The notes beneath the pieces were generated by a model. The model was not told where the DNA came from and made no database searches. It saw only the letters and a list, made by a program, of their open reading frames with translations. From Deltaproteobacteria bacterium TL4 (GTDB lineage Bacteria; SAR324; NAC60-12): a DNA stretch of 59,255 bases. This document shows positions 51,501 to 59,255 of the stretch, piece after piece. How positions within the stretch are numbered: position 1 is the stretch's first letter; each line of letters begins with the position of its first letter. The stretch is taken from NCBI GenBank assembly GCA_051382335.1, contig JBBCAX010000287.1:1-59255 (forward strand). The letters run 5' to 3'. The position numbers and the translations under genes were made by a program.

Positions 51501-54411
51501 AACTATTTGTTTTTGCCCCCAGCAATAATAGCCCGATTAATTGTTCTTCATAAAAAATCGGTTGAATCCATTCCGTGATGATGAGTTCGGACTCTGCCTG
51601 AGTTAGCGAGGGGTGCATGATCATCCATTCCTCAACTTTTTCTTGATAGACTCCCTGTTTTTCCTGCCCAATCCAGTTCAAAAAAGTGCTGTCTTTTGAA
51701 ATGAAAGCTGGATGCTCGCTGTCCTTGATCGGATCCGCATTGGAAAAGAAATGAGGTTGCAAACTTTGATAAGTCCAGCCTGAAAAACTTTGCTCAGGAG
51801 CGGATTGAAGCAAAAGAGTACAGCGACTGGAAAAAAGGGTTCTGAAGAGTGAATAGCTGACAAACTGATATAATTCCCGATGACGTGACGCTTGTGAAAG
51901 CAGTTCCATGATGAAATTAAAGGTTTGTTGGAGGGCTACTTTTTCCTGAACAAAAAACAAATTGAGTATTGCGTTCCAACTCCTGTAAAAAACATGCACA
52001 CTCACTAACATGATCGTTCCCCCTAGGAAAATACCTAAAGGCGGTTCATTGAAGACTTTTATGGTACTTAGAATCAATGCGGTCAGAATTAAAAATCCGA
52101 TAACTCCAAACCCATTAAAAAAGGATCGAATGATTTGTAATAATTCCGTTTGATTGTGAATGAGCAATCCATACGCGAAGAGTAAAATGGGGATAAAACT
52201 AAAATTACCAGGAGGATAAAAATCATAGCCATGCACTGCGGGAATGCCTCCTAAATTGAGCATACAGGTCATCAAATAACCAATCCCTAAATAGAGCAGG
52301 CGATGTTTTTCATACACTTGAGAGGCTTTACGATAATAGAAATACATTAAAATAGAACAATAAATGCTCCCACAGACCCACAACGTACTCGCGATATCAA
52401 AGAGAAACGCTTTTTTGGCAAAAAAGCCCCAAGAGTAGGTATACATTCCTTGGAAATAATAAGACGTTTGAGTGAATGGTGCCATCACTAAGGCAAATCC
52501 ATAGGCGAAAGGAATTAACCAGCGTTGACTTTGATGCTTTGTGATCAGGAAAAACAGGTGCATACTTAATCCGAACAAAAAGCCTAAAAAGCAATGATCC
52601 CAGCGGTTAAGCCGTAAGCCCAGTTCGGGATCCGTAATGATCCCATTGAGCATGATATCCAGATTGAGTATGGCATAAAGCATACAAATCAAATTAAAGA
52701 TCCAGGCTTCCTTCTGTCGTTGTCCAAGGCGTAAAAGAACCGTTGACACAAACAGGCACGCAAGAAAAGAAGTGAAAGGCGGAATACCATAGGGGACAAA
52801 CCGATTCAAAATGTGTTGCCATGAATATGCTTTTAATACCCAAAATGAAATTGGAATTAAGAGGGAGTACCCTGTGATGATCACAATCTTGACGAGTTGT
52901 GCATAAATACGTTTTTTGGTGTAAGGATTGAGATAAAGCACATCGTGACGAAAAATACCGTAGGCCATCACTAAAACCGCAAGAAAGGAATAGTTCCCCA
53001 AAGGATAGATCTCCATTCCCAGTGCGGGTAGTGCATTTCCCAAGTTCAAAAATCCTGTGATCACAATCCCAATGAAAATATAATAAATTTGTTTCTTTTT
53101 ATCGGGGTCTTGTCCTTCTTTCCAGTTTTGAAATAGTAGTCGTATTGCCCAAGCCATCACCAAACCAGCATTCACACAAAAAACTAAAAAAAACCAATTT
53201 CCTTGTGGGAAAAAACCACATATATAGCGATACATTTCATTTTGGAAGTAATAGTGGGTATGAGTCCAGAACATTAAAAAGAAACCGAATAAATAATTAA
53301 AGTAGATGAGTTTTCGAAAAGGGCGATTGACAATTCGGTAAATGAAGTGAAGAGAAAACGCAGTTTGATTGACCAGGAAAAAATGATTTATTCGACTGAC
53401 TTTCAATGCGATTGTACTGCTTTGAAGGTTCCCTGTGAGCAGCATTTCTACCGCTAATCCTCCCCATAACCAACAAATGGCGCCAAAAAGGAGGTGTTCC
53501 ATTTTGATGACGCCTTTTGTAAAACAAAAAGAGGTCATCGCATAGCAAACAATGACTGTCAGTAACGGGGGAAAAGAATAGATAAGAAAATGTTGATAAA
53601 AAAAATCTTGGTGAAATACAGAACCCGGAGCCAATAACCAAAAAAGAAAGGCCAAGAGGAAGGGACTCCAGATGAAAAATTTGAGTATTTTAGAAAACAC
53701 TATTTGGGAAAACCAACTTTTGGTGGTATCAAGTAATTGATGCTGAAGAATTCCGTAAGCCATTAATCCGATGGGAATAAATCCAAAATTCCCTAGGGGA
53801 TAGAAGGCAACACCAAAAACAGGTAACGCATTGGTAAATGTTAAGGCCCCATTGAAAACAAATCCAATCAATACATATCGGATCATTTGTTGAACTTTAG
53901 GGTCTGAAGAGGTTTTGAACCGATTCCACAGCAATCCGATCGCATAAACTAAATGGACCAAAGAAAAAGTAAAGAAAAGGTGATATCCTATTGCGGGGAC
54001 AGGAATCATTCCATAGAAACTGTTTTGGTAGTGACTGAAAAAATAAGATGTTGGCGTAACAAAAGCAAAAAAGAGGCTGCATCCGTAAAGAGTTGGTATT
54101 AACCACTTGCGTCGGGATATCTTCAGAATCCTGTGAATGAAGTGGACACTCACGGGAACAATGAAAACATAGATCACAAAGACACTTCGTGTAAAATACA
54201 AGGCAACGACTTTGGAGGTCCATAGGGTTTCAAAAGTAACACTGAGGTAATGGAGCCCTTGAAGCAGACAAAAAATAGTAAACAGTTGATTTTCTCGTTT
54301 AGATCGACCGGCCTGAATCGTAACAGACGCTAAAAACAATGCGGACAGCATTGTGAGTAGAGGAGGAATCGCAAACGGAAATAGGTTTTCAAAGTGAAAG
54401 AGTGAACTCAT
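48598..54411 (-). CDS. Giant hybrid sensor: three tandem multi-TM modules + 2 GAF-like + HisKA/HATPase + REC + SpoIIE
   Basis: Modules begin IPPLLT/FPPLLT/IPPFTS and end YPLGNF/YPLGNY/YPPGNF; SHELRTPL; LLDIMMP; GDVTGHG; YTDG; DDIT. Confidence 0.88.
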   Translation of the reverse strand: MSSLFHFENLFPFAIPPLLTMLSALFLASVTIQAGRSKRENQLFTIFCLLQGLHYLSVTFETLWTSKVVALYFTRSVFVIYVFIVPVSVHFIHRILKISRRKWLIPTLYGCSLFFAFVTPTSYFFSHYQNSFYGMIPVPAIGYHLFFTFSLVHLVYAIGLLWNRFKTSSDPKVQQMIRYVLIGFVFNGALTFTNALPVFGVAFYPLGNFGFIPIGLMAYGILQHQLLDTTKSWFSQIVFSKILKFFIWSPFLLAFLFWLLAPGSVFHQDFFYQHFLIYSFPPLLTVIVCYAMTSFCFTKGVIKMEHLLFGAICWLWGGLAVEMLLTGNLQSSTIALKVSRINHFFLVNQTAFSLHFIYRIVNRPFRKLIYFNYLFGFFLMFWTHTHYYFQNEMYRYICGFFPQGNWFFLVFCVNAGLVMAWAIRLLFQNWKEGQDPDKKKQIYYIFIGIVITGFLNLGNALPALGMEIYPLGNYSFLAVLVMAYGIFRHDVLYLNPYTKKRIYAQLVKIVIITGYSLLIPISFWVLKAYSWQHILNRFVPYGIPPFTSFLACLFVSTVLLRLGQRQKEAWIFNLICMLYAILNLDIMLNGIITDPELGLRLNRWDHCFLGFLFGLSMHLFFLITKHQSQRWLIPFAYGFALVMAPFTQTSYYFQGMYTYSWGFFAKKAFLFDIASTLWVCGSIYCSILMYFYYRKASQVYEKHRLLYLGIGYLMTCMLNLGGIPAVHGYDFYPPGNFSFIPILLFAYGLLIHNQTELLQIIRSFFNGFGVIGFLILTALILSTIKVFNEPPLGIFLGGTIMLVSVHVFYRSWNAILNLFFVQEKVALQQTFNFIMELLSQASRHRELYQFVSYSLFRTLFSSRCTLLLQSAPEQSFSGWTYQSLQPHFFSNADPIKDSEHPAFISKDSTFLNWIGQEKQGVYQEKVEEWMIMHPSLTQAESELIITEWIQPIFYEEQLIGLLLLGAKTNSSAYTKVEQAFLYQLTMALGPYIQNINLIQSLESKVQERTHALSEALEDSKLKEQEILHINQLVQAVNTTLDLDAVIRQLMVLLQDIIDFNQIGILLIDEQKQELYLSKYYGRDVSEETIKRVEKIRMSLHDENSWCIKTVLNNEPCYVSPITPELVEFFEEHDRELHQITLCQSYVFYPLEIQNKVIGEVIFGNSKKPFILTDPEILKIQRYMIQIATAINNARLVKETKHAYDAVLEKQTQLEIAHQEVARVNEEIKQVNASLEHKVAEQTQELRDALDKLKEADRMKDEFLANTSHELRTPLNGIIGLGESLIDGAAGAITSGQAANLQMIVQSGKRLANLVNDILDFSKMKHHELQLQIKAVDIKSITDLVLTLASHLTAQKQLQLLNQIPDNLPLIEADENRLQQILLNLVGNAVKFTHEGKITLSAEQRTNSILISIADTGIGISKAQQERIFQLFEQADGSTSRIYGGTGLGLAVTKQLVELHGSTIHVESEEGKGSTFSFELPVCQDQRALNSPTHTSHKEPHENDNFNTAWDLNTGQKNQAQGAFKEGENLSFFESKESSGNGTILVVDDEMINVQVLKNQLQLHGYNVLSTYNGFQALEVLSEQQPDLVLLDIMMPRMNGYEVCQKIREQHSGIALPIIMLTAKNQVLDLVEGFRSGANDYLIKPFHKDELLSRVQMHLKLKEAAHSLRDAERQKLELQTAQTVQQLFLPKADPELAEIDIASFYQSASETGGDWYDYHYYRDIQRLDVLIGDVTGHGVPSALITAMCGSVYHSLEEHYHKLVVDELRSQFIHPSYFLELLSNLIYTTTNKAYAMTFFYSALDLKNKMLVYSSAGHNPCYIWRREKFNIFRNERSSQRAIYEAAVPSSPLGYYHNTQYKYKTLSLQKDDVILWYTDGLIENYNEKGRPVGSKRLKAVLSDSEDLTAAQIRDRIVEMVKDFCGKQPSEDDITLVVGRIR

Positions 54412-54530
54412 GTTTGATTCTACCCAAAGAAAGAGAAGGATACCTTAGTTCCTTTTTATCTCATAAAGGATAATCTTGGCAAATTAAATTCAGCTTGCAA
54501 AATATTTGGATCTCAATGAGAAGAACATAG

Positions 54531-55256
54531 GTGTCCTATTTTTTTATAATCTTTGAAGAGTCTGCTGTGTTAGTGCCCATCGTGTCCCTAAAAAAGAAAT
54601 TACAATCCTTGTCTTCAAAGACTACGCCTCACCTCAAGAATTTGGATGAGTTATCCGCAACTCTGATTCAATATCGCTCAAGACGTTTCGAAGGACGTTT
54701 TTGGAAAAAAAGATCCAGTGTGACCGTGTTGCTTAAAGATGATCCTGAATGGGAAACCTGTGTTTTATTGATGAAACGTGCGACGCGCAGAGGAGATCCC
54801 TGGTCAGGACACATGTCCTTTCCTGGAGGAAGGGTTGATCCAGAGGACGCCATGCCCTTTGACGCTGCAATCAGGGAAACTGAAGAAGAAATTGGTATGA
54901 ATCTTAAGACTCATGCAACCTATCTGGGAAGGCTTTCGGATGTTTTTACCAGAGCACATCAATGGCCTGGAATGATGATCGTCACCCCTTTTGTATTTCA
55001 AATGACACATTCCGTCTCCTTTCAACTTAATCATGAAGTAGCGGAAACCCTTTGGGTTCCCTTGAGTTTCTTGGCAAACTCTAAAAACCGCAAAAAAATG
55101 TATTGGAAAATGGGCTACGTCCAATGGAAACTTCCATGCTATTTTTACCAGGATCGTCGCATTTGGGGGCTGACTTTAATCATGCTGGATGAACTCGTGG
55201 CCTTATTTTCTGGAAAGCTTAAAACGCGCAAGCCGCTCCATCTTTTCAATCAATAA
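54531..55256 (+). CDS. Nudix hydrolase, CoA pyrophosphatase family (start uncertain)
   Basis: WSGHMSFPGG...AAIRETEEEIG Nudix box; IWGLT. Confidence 0.88.
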   Translation: MSYFFIIFEESAVLVPIVSLKKKLQSLSSKTTPHLKNLDELSATLIQYRSRRFEGRFWKKRSSVTVLLKDDPEWETCVLLMKRATRRGDPWSGHMSFPGGRVDPEDAMPFDAAIRETEEEIGMNLKTHATYLGRLSDVFTRAHQWPGMMIVTPFVFQMTHSVSFQLNHEVAETLWVPLSFLANSKNRKKMYWKMGYVQWKLPCYFYQDRRIWGLTLIMLDELVALFSGKLKTRKPLHLFNQ

Positions 55257-55271
55257 CACTTAAAACATTCT

Positions 55272-55544
55272 ATGAAAAATATTCTGTTTCTTATTTTCAT
55301 TGCCGGGGTTCTTTGGAAGTTTTCCCGCTACTTGAAAAAACGACGAGCCGTTAATGCGCAATCCTTTCAAGATTACTATGCTGAAATTTGGTCTGAGGGG
55401 GGTTATCCCTTATTGGGACAACATTATACGCTGCAGGAAATCTGCAAAGCCTACGAAAACACATGTGTTAAGCAAATGAAAAAAGTGGATTATACTCATT
55501 TTCTAGAAACATTGGAAAGCGAATTGCGCAAACAATTTAAATAA
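55272..55544 (+). CDS. Small hypothetical protein with N-terminal TM helix
   Basis: Tightly spaced between co-oriented genes. Confidence 0.6.
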   Translation: MKNILFLIFIAGVLWKFSRYLKKRRAVNAQSFQDYYAEIWSEGGYPLLGQHYTLQEICKAYENTCVKQMKKVDYTHFLETLESELRKQFK

Positions 55545-55552
55545 AAACAGCT

Positions 55553-56509
55553 ATGTCGCCGTTACTTCAAGTCCAAGGGTTACACAAACATTTCCCGGTA
55601 CGCAAAGGCCTTTTGATGCGACAGCAGGGAGTGGTTTCTGTGCTCAATGGCATCACCTTTGATTTAAATCAAGGTGAGATTTTAGGTATTGTTGGCGAGT
55701 CCGGTTGTGGGAAATCTACCTTGGCACGAACGATCATGAAAATTTTCCCACCAACTCAAGGGCAAATATGTTTTGAAAAAGAAGATATTTTCAGTATCGA
55801 AAATCGGAAGTATTTTCACCAAACACAAATGATTTTTCAAGATCCCTTTTCTTCACTCAATCCCAAAATGCGAATTCATCAGTTACTGAAGGAAATGATT
55901 CATCTTCATCAACCTGAAGCTCCCCTTCACGCGACTATAGAACGCTTACTGGATGAAGTGGGGTTGCCTTCCTCTGCACAGTTTCAATACCCACATGAGT
56001 TTAGTGGCGGGCAACGTCAAAGAATTGCAATCGCCCGGGCATTGGCCGCATCACCCCGTCTTTTAATCGCAGATGAACCTGTTTCCGCACTGGATGTTTC
56101 GATTCAAGCACAAATTTTAAATTTATTACAAGATCTCCAAAAACGCTATCAGCTCAGTCTGATTTTCATCTCTCATGATCTCACGATTGTCAACCATTTC
56201 TGCCATAGGGTATTAGTGATGTACTTGGGTAAAATAGTGGAAGAATTACCAGGCCAAGCTCTTTTTCAGGCTCAGCATCCTTATACCCAAGCCTTATTAA
56301 ACAGTATGCCCGGTATAAATAAGCGCTCTCAAGGGATAAAATTGCTGGAAGGAGATCCTCCTTCTCCAATCCATCTTCCCAAAGGTTGTTTCTTTCAACC
56401 AAGATGCAACGTTCAGCAAAACACCTGTCAACTCATTCCTCCTCAAACCCACGTAGCCCCGAATCATCAGGTGAGTTGTTTTTTTCCGCAAGTGAAGCCT
56501 CGGGTCTAA
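55553..56509 (+). CDS. Oligopeptide/dipeptide ABC transporter ATPase (OppF/DppF-like)
   Basis: GESGCGKST, FQDP, YPHEFSGGQRQR, ADEPVSALD, HPYT and C-terminal Cys cluster. Confidence 0.93.
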   Translation: MSPLLQVQGLHKHFPVRKGLLMRQQGVVSVLNGITFDLNQGEILGIVGESGCGKSTLARTIMKIFPPTQGQICFEKEDIFSIENRKYFHQTQMIFQDPFSSLNPKMRIHQLLKEMIHLHQPEAPLHATIERLLDEVGLPSSAQFQYPHEFSGGQRQRIAIARALAASPRLLIADEPVSALDVSIQAQILNLLQDLQKRYQLSLIFISHDLTIVNHFCHRVLVMYLGKIVEELPGQALFQAQHPYTQALLNSMPGINKRSQGIKLLEGDPPSPIHLPKGCFFQPRCNVQQNTCQLIPPQTHVAPNHQVSCFFPQVKPRV

Positions 56510-56538
56510 TTTGTCTAGGGATCTCCTTGGCCATGGGT

Positions 56539-56715
56539 CAGGGCTGTTCAGTTCTATGGTAGGACGGGACTACGTGCCCGTCAAAAATACGATTTTTGGC
56601 ATTTGCGGGGCATGTAATCCTCGCCTACCATCCGGTTGATTTGGCGTTTGCGGGGCATGTAATCCCCGCCTACCATCCGGTTGACGATCAAAATAAGGAG
56701 AAATGAACAGCCCTG
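56539..56715. mobile_element. 177-bp MITE with ISAs1-like ends, 10-bp TSD and internal REP copies
   Basis: TIR CAGGGCTGTTCAGTTCT / AGAAATGAACAGCCCTG (16/17); GGCCATGGGT at 56529-56538 and 56716-56725; three GGTAGG-REP-like hairpins inside. Confidence 0.85.
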
Positions 56716-56950
56716 GGCCATGGGTGAGTCGCTCACCAATATCAGAACGAGATACTGTTGCTGAGTCGTTTCCGATAATTTGATTAAAAAATAAAAAAAA
56801 TGTGGATTACTTGTCCCAAAAACGCTACTGAGATATGTAGGAATGAAAGATAATCTTCTAATATCACGCTTTTGACTCAAAGTATTTGAATGAGTAGGTC
56901 ATTGAACGCTCTTCGAACATAATTCAAATAATCCTTATGGGAGATGGTTG

Positions 56951-58570
56951 ATGAAAATCTGGATGAAGTATGGAGTATGCTTATTATTGTACATGATGAT
57001 AGCTGTACCAAGCTATGGAGGGCTGGCCTATATGCTAGTGGGAACAAACCATTTAATTATGGGGAACGCCAACGCAACGATGCCCACCGACGCAAGTACG
57101 ACGGTAAACAATCCAGCGGGCTTAATGAGATTGCAACCTGGACTTCATGTTCACATTGGTGCGGCATTTGTTGAATTCAAGCTTTCATGGGAGGGGGCGT
57201 TTGGCGGATTTGGGGATCCTAAAGACGATTGGAAAGCGGAGGGCCCTGTTCATACGGTTGATGTAAAACCGATTGAAATTAACGGACAACCTATGCCGAT
57301 TGTCGGACCGGCTCCAATGTTTCAAGCGGCACAGGTTTTTAATGACTGGGCTTATGGTTTTGCGATGAAGCCCTTCGTTGCTGCGCCTGTGAGTTGGCCC
57401 AAAGATTGGGTTGGGAAAAATTTAGTACAAAATATGGAAATGGCTATTGCTGGTGGGAATGGTGTTATTGCCAAAAAACTCAACGACAACCATTCGGTCG
57501 CCTTTGGAATGTCTTTGCAATTTATGGTGATGAAATTCAGAAGAAATGGCATTACCCTCAACGGACACAATCCTCACCTTAAAACTGCGGTAAATGATTA
57601 TATGGATTACCTGGTTGAAGACAAATACCCCATTGCCAAGACAGGGGATATTTATAAGTCCTTTGTAGAACCGAATATTGTTGACCCTTTAATGGATTTC
57701 CTTTTACCTGTGATCCTTGACAAACCAATCCAAGCCAATGGAAAGATTGAGTTGTTTGGAACAGGTGTCTCTTATAACTGGAATTTATCCTATATGGGGA
57801 ATCATGAAAATATCTTTTGGGCTATAAATTATAACAGTGAAATCAATTATGATCTAGAAATACAAGGAGAGTTTGACATCAATCCACTTCTTTCTGTTTT
57901 ACTTAAAACAGTCGATAATTACAGTGCGAAGCTGAAAGTTCCAGGAACTCAGATTTCTGTGATGCCAGGAGGATTAGGCATGGCTATTGAGGATCAAACA
58001 GTCGATACCTCCATTACACTTCCTTGGGTTTTTGAAGCCGCAATCGGATGGAAAAATGATGAATTACATCCCAAATTGGAAATGGAATTGGGGTATGCGA
58101 GAATGGCTTACTCTTCAGTAGAAAAACTGGACGCAAGGTTGAGAGATCCCAGCAACATCTTACCTGCTGTCGGATTACAATCAGATCGTATTGTTGTGGA
58201 CCTTAGGCTTCAGGATGTGGATACGTATCGTGCAGGAGCAGCGTTTCATTTGAATGAACGTTACATATTGAGAGGAGGGGTTGAAATAAGCAGCAGTCTT
58301 AGTGATCCTAGATATGTTGGCGCTGTTATCCCTGTCAGCAGTATTAAGTCATTTGGTGGTGGTGGTGAGTATGTCTATGACGAAAACAATCGTTTTGCAG
58401 CAGGATTTTCCTATTGGCTTTTTGATAAAACCGAGACTCCTACCGATGCCGCAGATAACGTTGTGTTTACAGGAGTCTTGGAAGATCGTTTTCCTGGAAC
58501 ATACACAGGGCATGTGATGCTCGTCTCATTTAGCTTCAGCCACCGTTTTGGCCCTGGTGATGATGGCTGA
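56951..58570 (+). CDS. OmpP1/FadL/TodX family outer-membrane transporter
   Basis: Signal peptide; MGNA...DASTTVNNPAGL hatch motif; beta-strand pattern ending SFSFSHRF. Confidence 0.8.
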   Translation: MKIWMKYGVCLLLYMMIAVPSYGGLAYMLVGTNHLIMGNANATMPTDASTTVNNPAGLMRLQPGLHVHIGAAFVEFKLSWEGAFGGFGDPKDDWKAEGPVHTVDVKPIEINGQPMPIVGPAPMFQAAQVFNDWAYGFAMKPFVAAPVSWPKDWVGKNLVQNMEMAIAGGNGVIAKKLNDNHSVAFGMSLQFMVMKFRRNGITLNGHNPHLKTAVNDYMDYLVEDKYPIAKTGDIYKSFVEPNIVDPLMDFLLPVILDKPIQANGKIELFGTGVSYNWNLSYMGNHENIFWAINYNSEINYDLEIQGEFDINPLLSVLLKTVDNYSAKLKVPGTQISVMPGGLGMAIEDQTVDTSITLPWVFEAAIGWKNDELHPKLEMELGYARMAYSSVEKLDARLRDPSNILPAVGLQSDRIVVDLRLQDVDTYRAGAAFHLNERYILRGGVEISSSLSDPRYVGAVIPVSSIKSFGGGGEYVYDENNRFAAGFSYWLFDKTETPTDAADNVVFTGVLEDRFPGTYTGHVMLVSFSFSHRFGPGDDG

Positions 58571-58591
58571 CCCTTCAGGTCCGGTAAAGTT

Positions 58592-58670
58592 ATGGAAAAA
58601 ATCAACGCTAATGACGCAACTTCTGAGTGGGATGTTATTGTTATTGGAACAGGTATGGGTGGGTCTGCGG
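58592..58670 (+). pseudogene. 5' fragment of an FAD-dependent oxidoreductase interrupted by an IS
   Basis: MEKINANDATSEWDVIVIGTGMGGSA (GxGxxG), then unrelated sequence from about 58671. Confidence 0.7.
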
Positions 58671-59255
58671 CACGGCTTTCTCATAAAAAAAAGATTGTGT
58701 TTCAGAAGGATAGAAAGTTATCATAGGACTTCAACCCCAACCCTAAAGGAGTCTTATGACAGAAGAATCTCAATCTCCAGAAAAGGCATTAAAATTATTG
58801 GAGTCCTTAAAAAAACTCCCCGATCCTCGGGATAATCGAGGCAAACGCCATGATCAAGTCTTTGTCTTGTATGGGTGCGTTCTTGCGATCATGGCGGGGC
58901 TTTCTACCGTTTCAGGAATCCATCGGTTTCTCAGAAACAAGTGGTCTTGGTTACAAGAAATAACTCAGAGGTCGATGCGAAAGTGTATCTCACGTGCTCA
59001 TCTTCCTCGTCTTCTGGACAGAGTAGATTGGGAAAATCTCAATCAAATCATTTTTGAACACTTAGGAATCCATGTAACAAGGGGTTCTGCGGGAGAATGG
59101 ATCGCCCTTGATGGGAAAGCGTTGAGAGGCTCCCCTGGAGAACAAATCGTTTCAGCCAGGACTCATCAGAGTGAAGTCATCGTGGCTCAATCCAGAATGC
59201 AAGGGATCAAGAGCAGTGAAATTCTGATAGTGCGTTCTCTTCTGGAATCTTCAGT
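58671..59255 (+). mobile_element. ISAs1-family insertion sequence, partial; transposase ORF from ATG 58756 runs off the window
   Basis: Manual translation gives LPDPRDNRGKRH and WIALDGKALRGS; AAGGAG RBS; left end CACGGC is approximate. Confidence 0.88.

Noticed and set aside
56581..56880. 99-aa ORF with duplicated peptide
   Set aside because: Translation of REP copies in the MITE
1..59255. tRNA, rRNA, riboswitch, integron integrase, and the many short antisense ORFs in the track
   Set aside because: No recognisable RNA genes or intI by eye (covariance search not run); the antisense ORFs overlap well-supported genes

Overview
Gram-negative bacterial chromosomal window; gene content suggests a deltaproteobacterium-like organism (inference only). 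Housekeeping genes (aat-trmFO-mpl, ppx-like, queD-like, ABC-F, Kef-type antiporter, pfkA, lgt, glnS, Nudix, oligopeptide ABC ATPase, FadL-like) and large sensor kinase-REC-SpoIIE proteins surround two accessory zones. (1) A ~12 kb anti-phage island (16970-29093) bounded by a 15-bp direct repeat. It carries a decaying four-gene restriction-like system (DUF499 ATPase, DUF3780, DUF1156 methyltransferase, PLD-SNF2). Nested in it are a RAYT transposase with tandem REP arrays, a VapBC-like pair and an intact ABC-ATPase + DUF4276-like pair. (2) An integron relic (32.9-33.7 kb): an attC site interrupted by a degraded class IIC group II intron. Across the window, at least five short elements share one design: IS-like terminal inverted repeats (three with target duplications) enclosing REP-like palindromes. 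One sits in frame inside the methyltransferase. An ISAs1-family IS interrupts an FAD-binding gene at the right edge. No rRNA, tRNA or CRISPR array was recognised. All family calls come from motif recognition, not database searches.
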